Assembly: GCA_002281575.1 (NCBI GenBank)
Contig: NCGN01000014.1
Location: 47,711 to 111,710 of the forward strand
Origin: Sphingobacteriia bacterium 28-36-52
GTDB lineage: Bacteria > Bacteroidota > Bacteroidia > Chitinophagales > Chitinophagaceae
Length of the DNA: 64,000 nucleotides
Direction of reading: 5' to 3'
Made by a program: the position numbers and the translations under genes. This document shows, in pieces, positions 1 through 9,531 of the stretch. The notes beneath the pieces are model-generated. The model was not told the DNA's origin. It ran no database searches and saw nothing but the letters and a program-made list of their open reading frames with translations. Numbering within the stretch: position 1 is the stretch's first letter; every line of letters begins with the position of its first letter.

Positions 1-1
1 A

Positions 2-1431
2 GAAGAATACGAACATTTATGGGGTAATATTACACATGGTAAAGAATGGAAAGGTATTTTTCATAATAGAAAAAAAGACGGAAGCATGTACTGGGAACAA
101 GCTACAATAGGCCCAATATTAAATGAAAATGGAGAAATTACGCATTATATAGCAATCAAAGAAGATATTACTGAACGTAAAAGAATTCAAGATGAATTAA
201 AAGACTTGAATTTACATTTAGAAGAAAAAATTAAAGAGCGTACTATAGATATTGAAAACGCCAATATTTCGTTAATCAATGCCAATCAAGAAGCACAAAA
301 AGCCAATCAAGCAAAAATTGATTTCTTGTCTAAAATGAGTCATGAATTAAGAACACCAATGAATTCTATTCTAGGATTTGGTCAACTTTTACAAATGAGT
401 GAATTAACCCCAGTGCAAGAAAAAGGGGTGCAGCATATATTAGACAGCGGAAAACATTTGTTAAACCTGATTAATGAAGTATTAGATATCTCAAGAATTG
501 AATCGGGCCGTATAAGCATATCCGTTGAGCCCATAGAAGTATATGATGTAATTAATGAAATAAAAGACAGTTTACAATTTTCTGCTAATCAAAAGAACAT
601 CAGCATAAATTGTCAATTAAAAAATACGGTTCCTACCTATGTAAAAGCTGATAGACAAAGATTGAAACAGGTTTTAATTAATTTAACCAATAATGCTATA
701 AAATACAATAATGAAGGGGGCGAAGTAAATATAACAGTCGACATAAAACCCATTTCTGAAGATGGATACACACCTATTAGAATATCTATCACTGATAATG
801 GTTGGGGTATTGAAGAAAAAGACCTAGAAAGAATATTTATTCCGTTTGAACGAATTGGGGCAAAAAAACCAATGTGGAGGGAACCGGTTTAGGATTAGCG
901 GTGGTTAAGCAACTGATTGACATAATGGGGGGAAAAGTAGGTGTAAAAAGTAAGCCCGGGGAAGGAAGTACGTTTTGGATTGAATTACAGCAATGTCGCA
1001 ATCAATTAGATATAATCCAAGAAGAAGCTTCACTGAATCAACATGCTGTTATTCATGACCAAACAGGTACCGTGCTTTATATTGAAGACAATATGCCCAA
1101 TATTGAATTAGTCAAAGAAATCATGGAAACCAAAAGAAAAGGTATCAACTTAGTGATTCATATGCAAGGAAATGGCGTTATGGAAAAAGTGATTGAAACC
1201 AAACCCAGTTTAATTTTACTTGACTTAAATTTACCCGACAAACATGGTAAAGATATATTGATAGAATTAAGAGAAAATGATACAACTAAAAATATTCCAG
1301 TAATTGTTATTAGCGCCGATGCTATGCCAAATCAAATAAGTAATTTGAAAGCTTTAGGGGCAAAAAACTATTTAACTAAACCAATAGAAATAAAATCATT
1401 CTTAGCCGCTATTGATGATATAATAAAATAA
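2..1431 (+). pseudogene. hybrid sensor histidine kinase (PAS / HisKA / HATPase_c / receiver); 5' end lies outside the window; frame broken in an A7 run at 862-868
   Basis: Frame 2 is open from nt 2 (EEYEHLWGNITHGKEWKGIFHNRKKDGSMYWEQ, a PAS core paralogous to the last PAS of 2926..7413). It has H-box SHELRTPMN, N-box NNAIKYN and G1 DNGWGI. The ORF stops at 892, where the G2 box is expected. G2 (EGTGLGLAVVKQ) and a receiver (LILLDLNLPD, SADA, KP) continue in the -1 frame (874..1431). Confidence 0.8.
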
Positions 1432-1434
1432 TTT

Positions 1435-2136
1435 ATGAAAGAAGATTTAAAAGATGCAAGGATTCTGATTGTAGACGACACATTAGCCAATATTGAAGTA
1501 CTAGAAAACTTGTTGATGATGAAGGGCTATACCAATGTAAAATCTATTAGCGATTCAACACAAGCAATAGCCACAATTTTTGAATTCAAGCCAGAATTAA
1601 TCTTATTAGATTTAATGATGCCGCAAGTTTCTGGTTTTGATATTATGGAAATCTTAAAAAAAGAAGCTGATGTATTTACTTTAATGCGCATTCTTGTTTT
1701 AACAGCAGATATTACTCCTGAATCTAAAAAGAAAGCATTATCAGGTGGAGCTAGTGATTTTTTAACTAAGCCATTCGATTTAACTGAAGTAGACTTAAGA
1801 ATTAAGAACTTATTGTATACTGTTTATTTGATGTCTCAACTCACTAATCAAAATTTAATTCTTGAAGAAAAGGTAAAAGAAAGAACTCAAGAATTAGAAA
1901 AGAATCTTGAAGCAATTGAATTACAAAATAAAGCACTGCGTGAAATATCTTGGATTCAGTCGCATGTAGTAAGAGCACCATTAGCAAGAATGATGGGGGC
2001 TATTTCTTTATTAGAAATTAAAGATGATGCCGGCGTTACTCAAGAAGAAATCATGGAAATTGTTATTACTTCAGCAAATGAAATAGATAAAACTGTTAGA
2101 GAAATATCTGCCAAAAGTGCTCAAGCAAACATATAA
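1435..2136 (+). CDS. response-regulator receiver fused to a coiled coil and an ATPase-less H-box (DHp-like) C-terminal module
   Basis: Receiver motifs are present: ILIVDD, LILLDLMMP, LTAD, KPF. The C-terminus SWIQSHVVRAPLARMMG resembles a HisKA H-box, but no N/G1/G2 boxes follow. It starts 4 nt after the upstream kinase stop. Confidence 0.8.
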   Translation: MKEDLKDARILIVDDTLANIEVLENLLMMKGYTNVKSISDSTQAIATIFEFKPELILLDLMMPQVSGFDIMEILKKEADVFTLMRILVLTADITPESKKKALSGGASDFLTKPFDLTEVDLRIKNLLYTVYLMSQLTNQNLILEEKVKERTQELEKNLEAIELQNKALREISWIQSHVVRAPLARMMGAISLLEIKDDAGVTQEEIMEIVITSANEIDKTVREISAKSAQANI

Positions 2137-2239
2137 GTTGCCATTTTAACAGTTTAATTGCAAGATTCAAGACAGAACAAGCTAATTTTGCGCTTCGGCA
2201 TTTTATATGCTGATAATAAGTTCATTAGTACCCCCAACT

Positions 2240-2929
2240 ATGAAAAAAACATTTCTTTTATTGTTATTAATACTTGGTCTTTCTACCCAGGCATTCAACA
2301 ATAAGTCTTTTAATCCTATTAGTAGTTTAGTTCTAAAGATTGAACAACTTGCAAATAAATTTAGCATCAGCAAAGAAGCTATTCAACATGCTTTTAATGC
2401 CTACGAAAAATTAAAATTAAGTGGTCAGATTCTTAATCAACAATATTTAACCATAGCAGATTTTAGCAAGCCAAGCTCTGAAAAAAGGCTTTTTATTATT
2501 GATATTAATAAAATGGAGTTAGTACTACAAACATTGGTTGCACATGGTCGTAATTCTGGAACATTATTCGCTAAAAATTTTTCGAATACTAACGAATCTT
2601 ACCAAAGCAGTTTAGGATTTTATATTACAGGAAATATCTACAGAGGAAAACATGGAATGTCTTTACAGTTATCCGGAATTGAATCAGGAATTAATGATCA
2701 TGCAAAGCAAAGAGCGATTGTAATACACGGAGCAGATTATGTAAGCAATAACCTTATAAAGAAACAAGGATATATTGGACGCAGCTTGGGATGCCCTGCA
2801 GTACCCCAAAATGAAGTAAAAGAAATCATTCAGACTATTAAAGGTGCTTCCCTACTGTATATTTATGCGCCTAGTAACTATTATTCAAAAAAGTCTAAAC
2901 TGATTAATGAACCTAGTTTAATTAGTTAA
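2240..2929 (+). CDS. L,D-transpeptidase catalytic-domain family protein (YkuD-like), secreted
   Basis: Signal peptide MKKTFLLLLLILGLSTQA. The motif HGADYV...GRSLGCPAV matches the conserved His/Cys active-site pattern of YkuD_2-type proteins. The ATG at 2240 is preferred over the ORF-track start at 2207. Confidence 0.75.
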   Translation: MKKTFLLLLLILGLSTQAFNNKSFNPISSLVLKIEQLANKFSISKEAIQHAFNAYEKLKLSGQILNQQYLTIADFSKPSSEKRLFIIDINKMELVLQTLVAHGRNSGTLFAKNFSNTNESYQSSLGFYITGNIYRGKHGMSLQLSGIESGINDHAKQRAIVIHGADYVSNNLIKKQGYIGRSLGCPAVPQNEVKEIIQTIKGASLLYIYAPSNYYSKKSKLINEPSLIS

Positions 2930-5900
2930 GCTGAAGTATATTTATCTAGTACTTGTAAGAATAAAGTTACATCAAATGGTTTTGTGAGGTATTGCTTTAC
3001 ACCTGCAGCCAATAAGTTACTTACTTGAGAAGGCATAGCATCTGCACTTACAACTACAACTGGGATGTCTTTTATTTGCTCTTCTTTCTTAAGCAACTCA
3101 ACAACTTCAGAACCATGTATATCGGGTAAATTTAAGTCTAACAATATCAAATTAGGTTTATGTTGGTGAGCCAATGTGATGGTTTCTTTACCATAAACCG
3201 AAGTAATCAATTTAACATTCGGACGCATGGTTAATAAAATTTGGGTTACCAAATCAATATTAGAACTGTTGTCTTCTATATAAAGTACTATTACTTCATT
3301 ATTTGCAATTTCTTTTGAATCTGTATCAGTTAGGGTTTCATTAATTTTAACTAATTCTAGAACAGAACTCGTTTTGGGTAACTCAATCCAAAATACACTT
3401 CCTTCGTTTAGCTTACTCTCAACACCGTAAATTCCACCCATCAAAGTTGTATATTGCTTTACAACTGAAAGTCCTAAACCGGTTCCTTCTACAGCAGAAT
3501 TTTCGGCACCCAATCTTTCAAATGGGGTAAACAGTTTAGAAATCTTAGCTGGATCTATTCCAAGACCGTTATCGGTTATACAGACTCTGATAAATGCTTT
3601 ATCGCCATCATAAAAATCGGTAGCAGATAGCTTAACCCAACCTTTTTTGCCATTGTATTTAATTCCATTATTAACAAGATTAAGCAATACCTGCTTGATT
3701 CTTTGTTTATCTGCTTTTACAAAAATCTCCTCTTTCTTTTCGAGTTCATTTATCAAAACAACCCCATAAGCAGTTGCAGTAGGTGTTAATGTTTCAATTA
3801 CATCTCTAAATACATTATTCAACTTAACCGATTCAACTGAAATAGATATTTTACCCGCTTCAATTCGGGAAATTTCTAGGACTTCATTTATTAGATCTAA
3901 TAAGTGTTTTCCGCTATTTAAAATATGGTGTACTGATTTTTCTTGTTTTGTATCTAAAGATCCCAACTCTAATAACTGCGCAAAACCCAAAATAGCATTC
4001 ATTGGAGTTCTTAACTCATGGCTCATTCTAGACAAAAATTCACTCTTGGCATGATTGGCTGTTTCTGCTTCAACTTTTGCTTTTGTTAATGCTTCATTGC
4101 TATTTTGTAGTTCAATTGTGCGTTCTGCAATTTTCTTTTCGAGATTAACATTGAGCTGTTTTATTTCATGTTCAATTTTAATTCTTTCGGTTATATCTTC
4201 TTTAATGGCAATGAAACTAGTTATTATACCTGCTGCGTTAATGATAGGCGTAATGGTAGTAGACTCCCAATATAAGGAACCATTTTTTCTTCGGTTATTC
4301 AACACGCCGCGCCATACTAAACCACCTGTGATGGTCTTCCATAATTCATCATATACTTTTGGATTGGTAAATCCAGACTTCAAAAGTCTTGGATTTTGTC
4401 CTATTAATTCTTCGTAAGAGTAACCAGTTACCGAAAGGGTGAAAGGATTAACATACTCAATATTACCGTCTATATCTGTTATAAAAATACTGATTGGGCT
4501 TTGCTCTACTGCACTAGTTAATTTCTTGATTAACACTTCTGCTTCTCGTTGAGCAGTTATGTCTCTCCATGTGGTAAAGAGTAAATTTTCACCGTTTGCT
4601 TGAACAATTGAAAGTTTAATGTCTACTATTACAGGAGTACCATCCATTTTCAAATGTGTCCATTCAAACTGTGTACTACCTGTCAAAAAAGCTTCTTCAA
4701 TAATTTCTTTAGCGGATTCATCAGATAATCTACCGTTTGGCTGATATTGAGGTGAAATTTCTGAGGGGCTTTTACCAATTATTTGTTCTTTACTTGATCC
4801 AAGAATAAATTCACATGCCTTATTACAGTCAATAAAAACACCCTCCTTTATAATTAAAAATCCATCTGGAGATTCATTAAACAGTGTTCTATATTTTAAC
4901 TCACTTAGCTTAACTCTATCTTCAGCTAATTTTTGTTCAGTTATATTAGTAGCATTTACCAAAACCGCATATACATTTCCATTTGAATTTCTTACAGGCT
5001 GAATACTGCTTCTAAACCAAAATGATTCTCCATTAATTAGTCTAGAACTTTCTTTTATGATTCCTTTTCTGCTAAAAAAAACCTGTTCAATATCAGCCAT
5101 ATTTTGGCTAGCAATTTCAGGAGTGGCTAAGTCATGTATTGTAAAATCTTCCTCCAAGAATTCTGAAGGTTTTTTTCCATAATTTTTAGCAGCAATTTCA
5201 TTTACATATAAAAATTTACCATTTACATCCAACATAATAATGGAGGCATCAGAACTTTCTACTAAACTTCGATAAATTTCTTTGCTCTCTAGCAGAGCAG
5301 CTTCTGCTTTTTTGTTTTCAGTGATGTCTAAATTAGTACCCCTAGTACCCAAGTATTTGCCTTTTTCGCTAAAAACAGGTTGACAAACATGTTCGATTAT
5401 TCTAACTTCGCCTCGTTTATTGATGATTCTAAATAAGAGCTTTTCGGAATGCTTTTGTTCAATCACTTGACTGCGATGTTGAACATATTTATTATAGTCG
5501 TCGGGATGTATTAATTTTTGTAAAATAATCTGATCATTAATCAATTCCTCTGCCGAATAACCTGTAATTCTTTTGCAGGAAGGCGAGTGATAAATAAAAT
5601 GCCCATCAGGTGCTTCCCAAAATTCCCAGTTATAGGTATTATTGGCAATTATTCTGAACTTTTGCTCCGAAGCAATAATTTCACGCTTCGTTAGTTTTAC
5701 CTGCTTATATTTTTCAATGATACCAATAATGGTATTCATCATGACTATTTCTTCATTAAGAAACTTTAATTCTAATGGCAAGCATATTTTAACAAACCCA
5801 AGGTTTTTTGAAGCTACTTGAATATCAAATTTTTGATAATTCTCAGTTGCAGTAAAGTTTAATGAATAGCAATCAACTCCTTCAAAATGAATATGAACAC

Positions 5901-7413
5901 TAGTATTGAAAACATCTTGGAATCCAGGTGGAATTATATTGCATACTTCTGTAAAGTATTCTTCTGTTGTTAAATTTTCATTTTGACTTAAGGTTGAAAT
6001 AGCATAAACACATTTTTGCTCTTTCAATCTCTCTCCTAAATCATACCTTGAACTTCTTAATTCATCATCTGCCTTTTTTCTTTTTGAATCATCTCGGGTT
6101 GTTGCAATATATCCTCTTAATACTCCATCTTCTGAAAAATCTGGCTTTATTTCAGTGCTGAACCACGCTTGGGTACCATCTTTTTTATATGAGTCCCCTT
6201 CAATCTCCCATTTAGAAGAGGGAGTAATTAAATTATTTATTCTTGCATGATCTATTTCAGCCAATAATACCTCAATTTTTTGAATGGTTTCAGGCGTATA
6301 AATTTTTTCGTAACTAATTGTTGCGTATTCTTCTGGAGTAAAGCCGAATAATTTTATTATTGAGGAACTACAAAATGTAATATTATAGTTAATGTCTGTA
6401 GTCCAAACCATATCAGACATATTATCGGTTATTTCTCTATATTTGGTTTCACTCTCTTTTAGTTTAGATTCATAATTGATTTTATTTTTTACGTTCACCA
6501 ATAGTTCAGCAAAAATGGCCAAGAGGTCTTGTTCTAAACTAGTAAAATAATGCGGCTTGTCTACAGATTCAAGGCCTATTACACCAATGCATTCCTGACC
6601 ATTCATTAAAGGCAAGGCCAATAAACTCACAACATTTCCTGTATCTAACAAAGTCTTAATTGAACTATTGGGTTCTAATTGTTTTGAGTTAGGTACATTA
6701 ATTGACTCTCCCTTTTTCAGAATCTCAATCCAAGAAACAAAATGTTCAAGTGGAATAATTGAAAGTTCGGCTTTCTTTGATTCAATACCTTCCCCACACC
6801 ATTCATAGGTATAATGAGCAAATCCATTTTTAAAATCAAAATCAAAAATGGCTAATCGATCAGCTTTTGCAAATACACCCAATTCCTTTATTGCAGTATT
6901 AATTTCATCTGTCAAATGTTCTAATGAAATATTTATAAATCGCTGAGATATAGTGGATATTAGATGAAATAATTTATTTCGTTGCCTAAGCTTGGCTTCT
7001 AACTCAATTTGATCTGTTATATCAGTGAAAGAAATAAATACCCGGTAGGGTTTAGGTTGGCCATCTTTAAATTCGGGTACTGCACTAACAAGAATCCAAA
7101 GATAATTTTTTTTGACAGCGTGCTTAACACCCATTACTACATTAAAAACCGGTTGACCTGTTTGTAATGCAATTAATCCTGGAAATTCTTCGTTAGGGAA
7201 GTTGGTTTGATTGGGCTTGATGGCAACCCAACTTGCATCTAACATATCAATCCCCTTGATTTGCTCCAACGAAAAACCTAATAGGTTTTCGGCTGCTGGG
7301 TTGGCATCGGATATTTTACCATTTTGATCTAAATAGATAACTCCTTGAGCAACATTCTCAAAAAGCAACATAAAGTCTTGCTCTAAATCACTCCTATAAA
7401 TGCTATTACTCAT
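2926..7413 (-). CDS. very large multi-sensor hybrid histidine kinase (several PAS, GAF, an uncharacterised KCxY module, HisKA, HATPase_c, receiver)
   Basis: A 1495-aa ORF with repeated PAS cores (e.g. DITERIKIE, DITEQKLAE, DITAQREAE boundaries) and a GAF-like segment. H-box SHELRTPMN, N-box NNGIKYN, G1 DNGLGI, G2 GTGLGLSVVKQ, and a C-terminal receiver LILLDLNLPD...SADA...KPF. Confidence 0.9.
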   Translation of the reverse strand: MSNSIYRSDLEQDFMLLFENVAQGVIYLDQNGKISDANPAAENLLGFSLEQIKGIDMLDASWVAIKPNQTNFPNEEFPGLIALQTGQPVFNVVMGVKHAVKKNYLWILVSAVPEFKDGQPKPYRVFISFTDITDQIELEAKLRQRNKLFHLISTISQRFINISLEHLTDEINTAIKELGVFAKADRLAIFDFDFKNGFAHYTYEWCGEGIESKKAELSIIPLEHFVSWIEILKKGESINVPNSKQLEPNSSIKTLLDTGNVVSLLALPLMNGQECIGVIGLESVDKPHYFTSLEQDLLAIFAELLVNVKNKINYESKLKESETKYREITDNMSDMVWTTDINYNITFCSSSIIKLFGFTPEEYATISYEKIYTPETIQKIEVLLAEIDHARINNLITPSSKWEIEGDSYKKDGTQAWFSTEIKPDFSEDGVLRGYIATTRDDSKRKKADDELRSSRYDLGERLKEQKCVYAISTLSQNENLTTEEYFTEVCNIIPPGFQDVFNTSVHIHFEGVDCYSLNFTATENYQKFDIQVASKNLGFVKICLPLELKFLNEEIVMMNTIIGIIEKYKQVKLTKREIIASEQKFRIIANNTYNWEFWEAPDGHFIYHSPSCKRITGYSAEELINDQIILQKLIHPDDYNKYVQHRSQVIEQKHSEKLLFRIINKRGEVRIIEHVCQPVFSEKGKYLGTRGTNLDITENKKAEAALLESKEIYRSLVESSDASIIMLDVNGKFLYVNEIAAKNYGKKPSEFLEEDFTIHDLATPEIASQNMADIEQVFFSRKGIIKESSRLINGESFWFRSSIQPVRNSNGNVYAVLVNATNITEQKLAEDRVKLSELKYRTLFNESPDGFLIIKEGVFIDCNKACEFILGSSKEQIIGKSPSEISPQYQPNGRLSDESAKEIIEEAFLTGSTQFEWTHLKMDGTPVIVDIKLSIVQANGENLLFTTWRDITAQREAEVLIKKLTSAVEQSPISIFITDIDGNIEYVNPFTLSVTGYSYEELIGQNPRLLKSGFTNPKVYDELWKTITGGLVWRGVLNNRRKNGSLYWESTTITPIINAAGIITSFIAIKEDITERIKIEHEIKQLNVNLEKKIAERTIELQNSNEALTKAKVEAETANHAKSEFLSRMSHELRTPMNAILGFAQLLELGSLDTKQEKSVHHILNSGKHLLDLINEVLEISRIEAGKISISVESVKLNNVFRDVIETLTPTATAYGVVLINELEKKEEIFVKADKQRIKQVLLNLVNNGIKYNGKKGWVKLSATDFYDGDKAFIRVCITDNGLGIDPAKISKLFTPFERLGAENSAVEGTGLGLSVVKQYTTLMGGIYGVESKLNEGSVFWIELPKTSSVLELVKINETLTDTDSKEIANNEVIVLYIEDNSSNIDLVTQILLTMRPNVKLITSVYGKETITLAHQHKPNLILLDLNLPDIHGSEVVELLKKEEQIKDIPVVVVSADAMPSQVSNLLAAGVKQYLTKPFDVTLFLQVLDKYTSA

Positions 7414-7486
7414 CCTTCCTATTTGCCATAAAGTTAGGGCATTCTTAAGGCAATTTTATTATAAGAAATCGTCATTTGAAAGATGT

Positions 7487-9412
7487 TTATTCATTAGTTT
7501 TAAATACGATGGACTTTATTACAGCATCTAATTCTTCTGCAGAATTCTTTAAATGAACTATAAAATTTTCCTTATCATCATTTTTAATGAATTCATGTTT
7601 TAGGAGATTTACAATTCCTAAAATTCTTGCTAAAGGAGCCCTTACCAAATGCGATTGCTCCCAAGCAATTTGAGCTAACCTTTTATTTTTATTTTCTAAA
7701 GTAGAAAGTGTTTCCCGTTGTTGGGTAATATCTTCCTCTACGCCTATATAGTTGGTGATGATACCAGCAGCATTAACAACCGGACTTATATAAGCGTTAA
7801 CCCAATAAAGTGCTCCATCTTTTCTTCTATTACAAAATTCACCAACCCAGGATTCTTTATTGGATATTTTTTGCCAAAGTGTAGCAAACTCTTTCTCCAC
7901 CGTATACCCCGACTTTAAGATACTTGATTTTATACCTTTTAATTCTTCTGCTGTATAACCAGATGTTTTACAAAACGCAGGATTCACATATTCAAAAACT
8001 CCATTTACATCAGTAATCATGACAGACGATGTACTTTGCTCAATTGCTTGAGACAACTTTAGTAATTGATTTTGGGCAGTTTCATGTTTAACTGCAACCG
8101 AAAAATTATTCATTGCATAGTTAATATTCTCATTAACGCGTTTCATTAAATCCAATTCTTCATTGGTAAAAAAGTTAGGTTTATTCGCATAAATAGCAAT
8201 TTGCGCAATAGTATAATTATCTACGCGAACTGGCATGGTAAGTGAAGATCTAAATCCTCTTTTTAATGCAGCATCACGCCATATAGCCATTGAAAGGTCA
8301 TTGGCAATATCATTACAATAATACAGTTTACCATCTCTTATAGTTCGCCCAGAAGGTCCATTCCCTTCTGGAATGTTTTTAATAGAAATATGTTTTTTGA
8401 AATAATCAAGGTACCCTAATTCATTGCCAGCATATTTGTAAGGTACAATTGTTTCATTAATGTCATCCCGGAGTCCTACAAAGGCAAATTCAAAACCACC
8501 AGCATTTACAGCAATTTCACAGAGTCCATTATACAAGTCGAGCGGCTGTTTTGCATTTAATATTAAATCGTTTATTTCTGTTGAAAATTTAAATAGTCTT
8601 CTAGACTTCAATAACTCTTCTTGATGCCTCTTTTGATTCGTTATATTCTTACCAATCAAATAGATGTACTTTAAATCGGCATCCCATTTACCCGACCAGG
8701 AAAAATCAAGTACTTCGCCAGTAGCATTAATCAATCTATTTTCAAAATACTTAATAGTTCCTTTTACTTTTAACTCATCCAAGGCCAACTCTGTTCGCTT
8801 GGCATCTTCTTCAATAACAGAAGAAAATGCGGGTAAAGTATAAAGAGTTTCAAGCGGATGTCCTAAAATTTCTGCAACAGAATTACTCAAAAATAATTTT
8901 TCCCCGTTTTCATTGTAAACAATAATCATATCATAGGAAGAATCTAAGATTCCCTGAACCATACGATTTGTTTCTTTTAGCTGAATTTCTTTTCTTTTTA
9001 GTTCGCTTACTTCACTAAAAGTGACAATTACGTGCTTTAGGTTCCCAAATTGATCCAAAGAGGGAATAGCAGTTGTTGAAATCCAAATTCGGTCTTTAGT
9101 TAATGGTCTGTATACGCCCATTAAACTATTTTTAACAGGTTTATTACTTGAAAGAGCAATTGCAGCAGGATGCTCATTGCCTGGTATTTCCTTACCCAAT
9201 TCATTAATCACATGCCAAGAAGGATCAAAAGGAGTTTTTCCAATTAATTGATCATTGGTAAGACCCAATAACTCTAAAGCTTTATTATTCGCTAATACAA
9301 TACTTGAATCGGAAAGATGCTTCACTACTCCAACGGAAAGGTGTTCTACTAATTCAATAAACTGTTCATTTTTTGAATCATTAAAATTTTCAGCTAATGG
9401 GGATTGTGTCAT
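7487..9412 (-). CDS. PAS-PAS-GAF-PAS sensor protein ending in an ATPase-less H-box (DHp-like) module
   Basis: PAS cores and a GAF-like region are present. The C-terminus AWEQSHLVRAPLARILG matches that of 1435..2136, with no HATPase_c boxes. The ATG at 9412 (MTQSPLAENF) is preferred over the ORF-track start at 9463. Confidence 0.8.
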   Translation of the reverse strand: MTQSPLAENFNDSKNEQFIELVEHLSVGVVKHLSDSSIVLANNKALELLGLTNDQLIGKTPFDPSWHVINELGKEIPGNEHPAAIALSSNKPVKNSLMGVYRPLTKDRIWISTTAIPSLDQFGNLKHVIVTFSEVSELKRKEIQLKETNRMVQGILDSSYDMIIVYNENGEKLFLSNSVAEILGHPLETLYTLPAFSSVIEEDAKRTELALDELKVKGTIKYFENRLINATGEVLDFSWSGKWDADLKYIYLIGKNITNQKRHQEELLKSRRLFKFSTEINDLILNAKQPLDLYNGLCEIAVNAGGFEFAFVGLRDDINETIVPYKYAGNELGYLDYFKKHISIKNIPEGNGPSGRTIRDGKLYYCNDIANDLSMAIWRDAALKRGFRSSLTMPVRVDNYTIAQIAIYANKPNFFTNEELDLMKRVNENINYAMNNFSVAVKHETAQNQLLKLSQAIEQSTSSVMITDVNGVFEYVNPAFCKTSGYTAEELKGIKSSILKSGYTVEKEFATLWQKISNKESWVGEFCNRRKDGALYWVNAYISPVVNAAGIITNYIGVEEDITQQRETLSTLENKNKRLAQIAWEQSHLVRAPLARILGIVNLLKHEFIKNDDKENFIVHLKNSAEELDAVIKSIVFKTNE

Positions 9413-9531
9413 AAGAGGGGATGCGTAAAAACTAATACGAATGTACGAATAATTTATAGCCAAAATAGCTAATTAGTCTCGTATTTAGTTCAATTCAGAC
9501 AGCCGCAATTCACCAATTATTTAGACGAGTT

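Noticed and set aside
862-868. A dnaX-like programmed -1 ribosomal frameshift on A_AAA_AAA in the kinase gene.
   Set aside because: I see no downstream stimulatory hairpin or pseudoknot and no upstream SD-like element. The zero-frame product would be a kinase without G2 box or receiver, which has no obvious function. A 1-nt homopolymer indel or error is the simpler explanation. It is kept only as an alternative within the finding.
4055-4417. 120-aa ORF antisense to the giant kinase. Similar antisense or overlapping ORFs occur at 7718..7918, 12994..13194, 21067..21431, 22600..23556, 23830..24030, 25496..25741, 25999..26498, 27098..27367, 27977..28177, 28977..29270, 30486..30806, 32186..32862, 33249..34022, 35050..35976, 36402..36650, 37114..37458, 40706..40927, 41920..42120, 42567..42758, 43218..46788, 46831..47046, 47562..47762, 48785..48994, 52389..53477, 55209..55571, 56053..56238, 57313..57573, 58809..59156, 59989..60213 and 61134..61328.
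   Set aside because: Each lies wholly inside, or largely overlaps, a longer ORF with clear family motifs on the other strand or frame. Their translations are low-complexity or Ser/Leu/Ile-rich with no recognisable motifs. They are treated as shadow ORFs.
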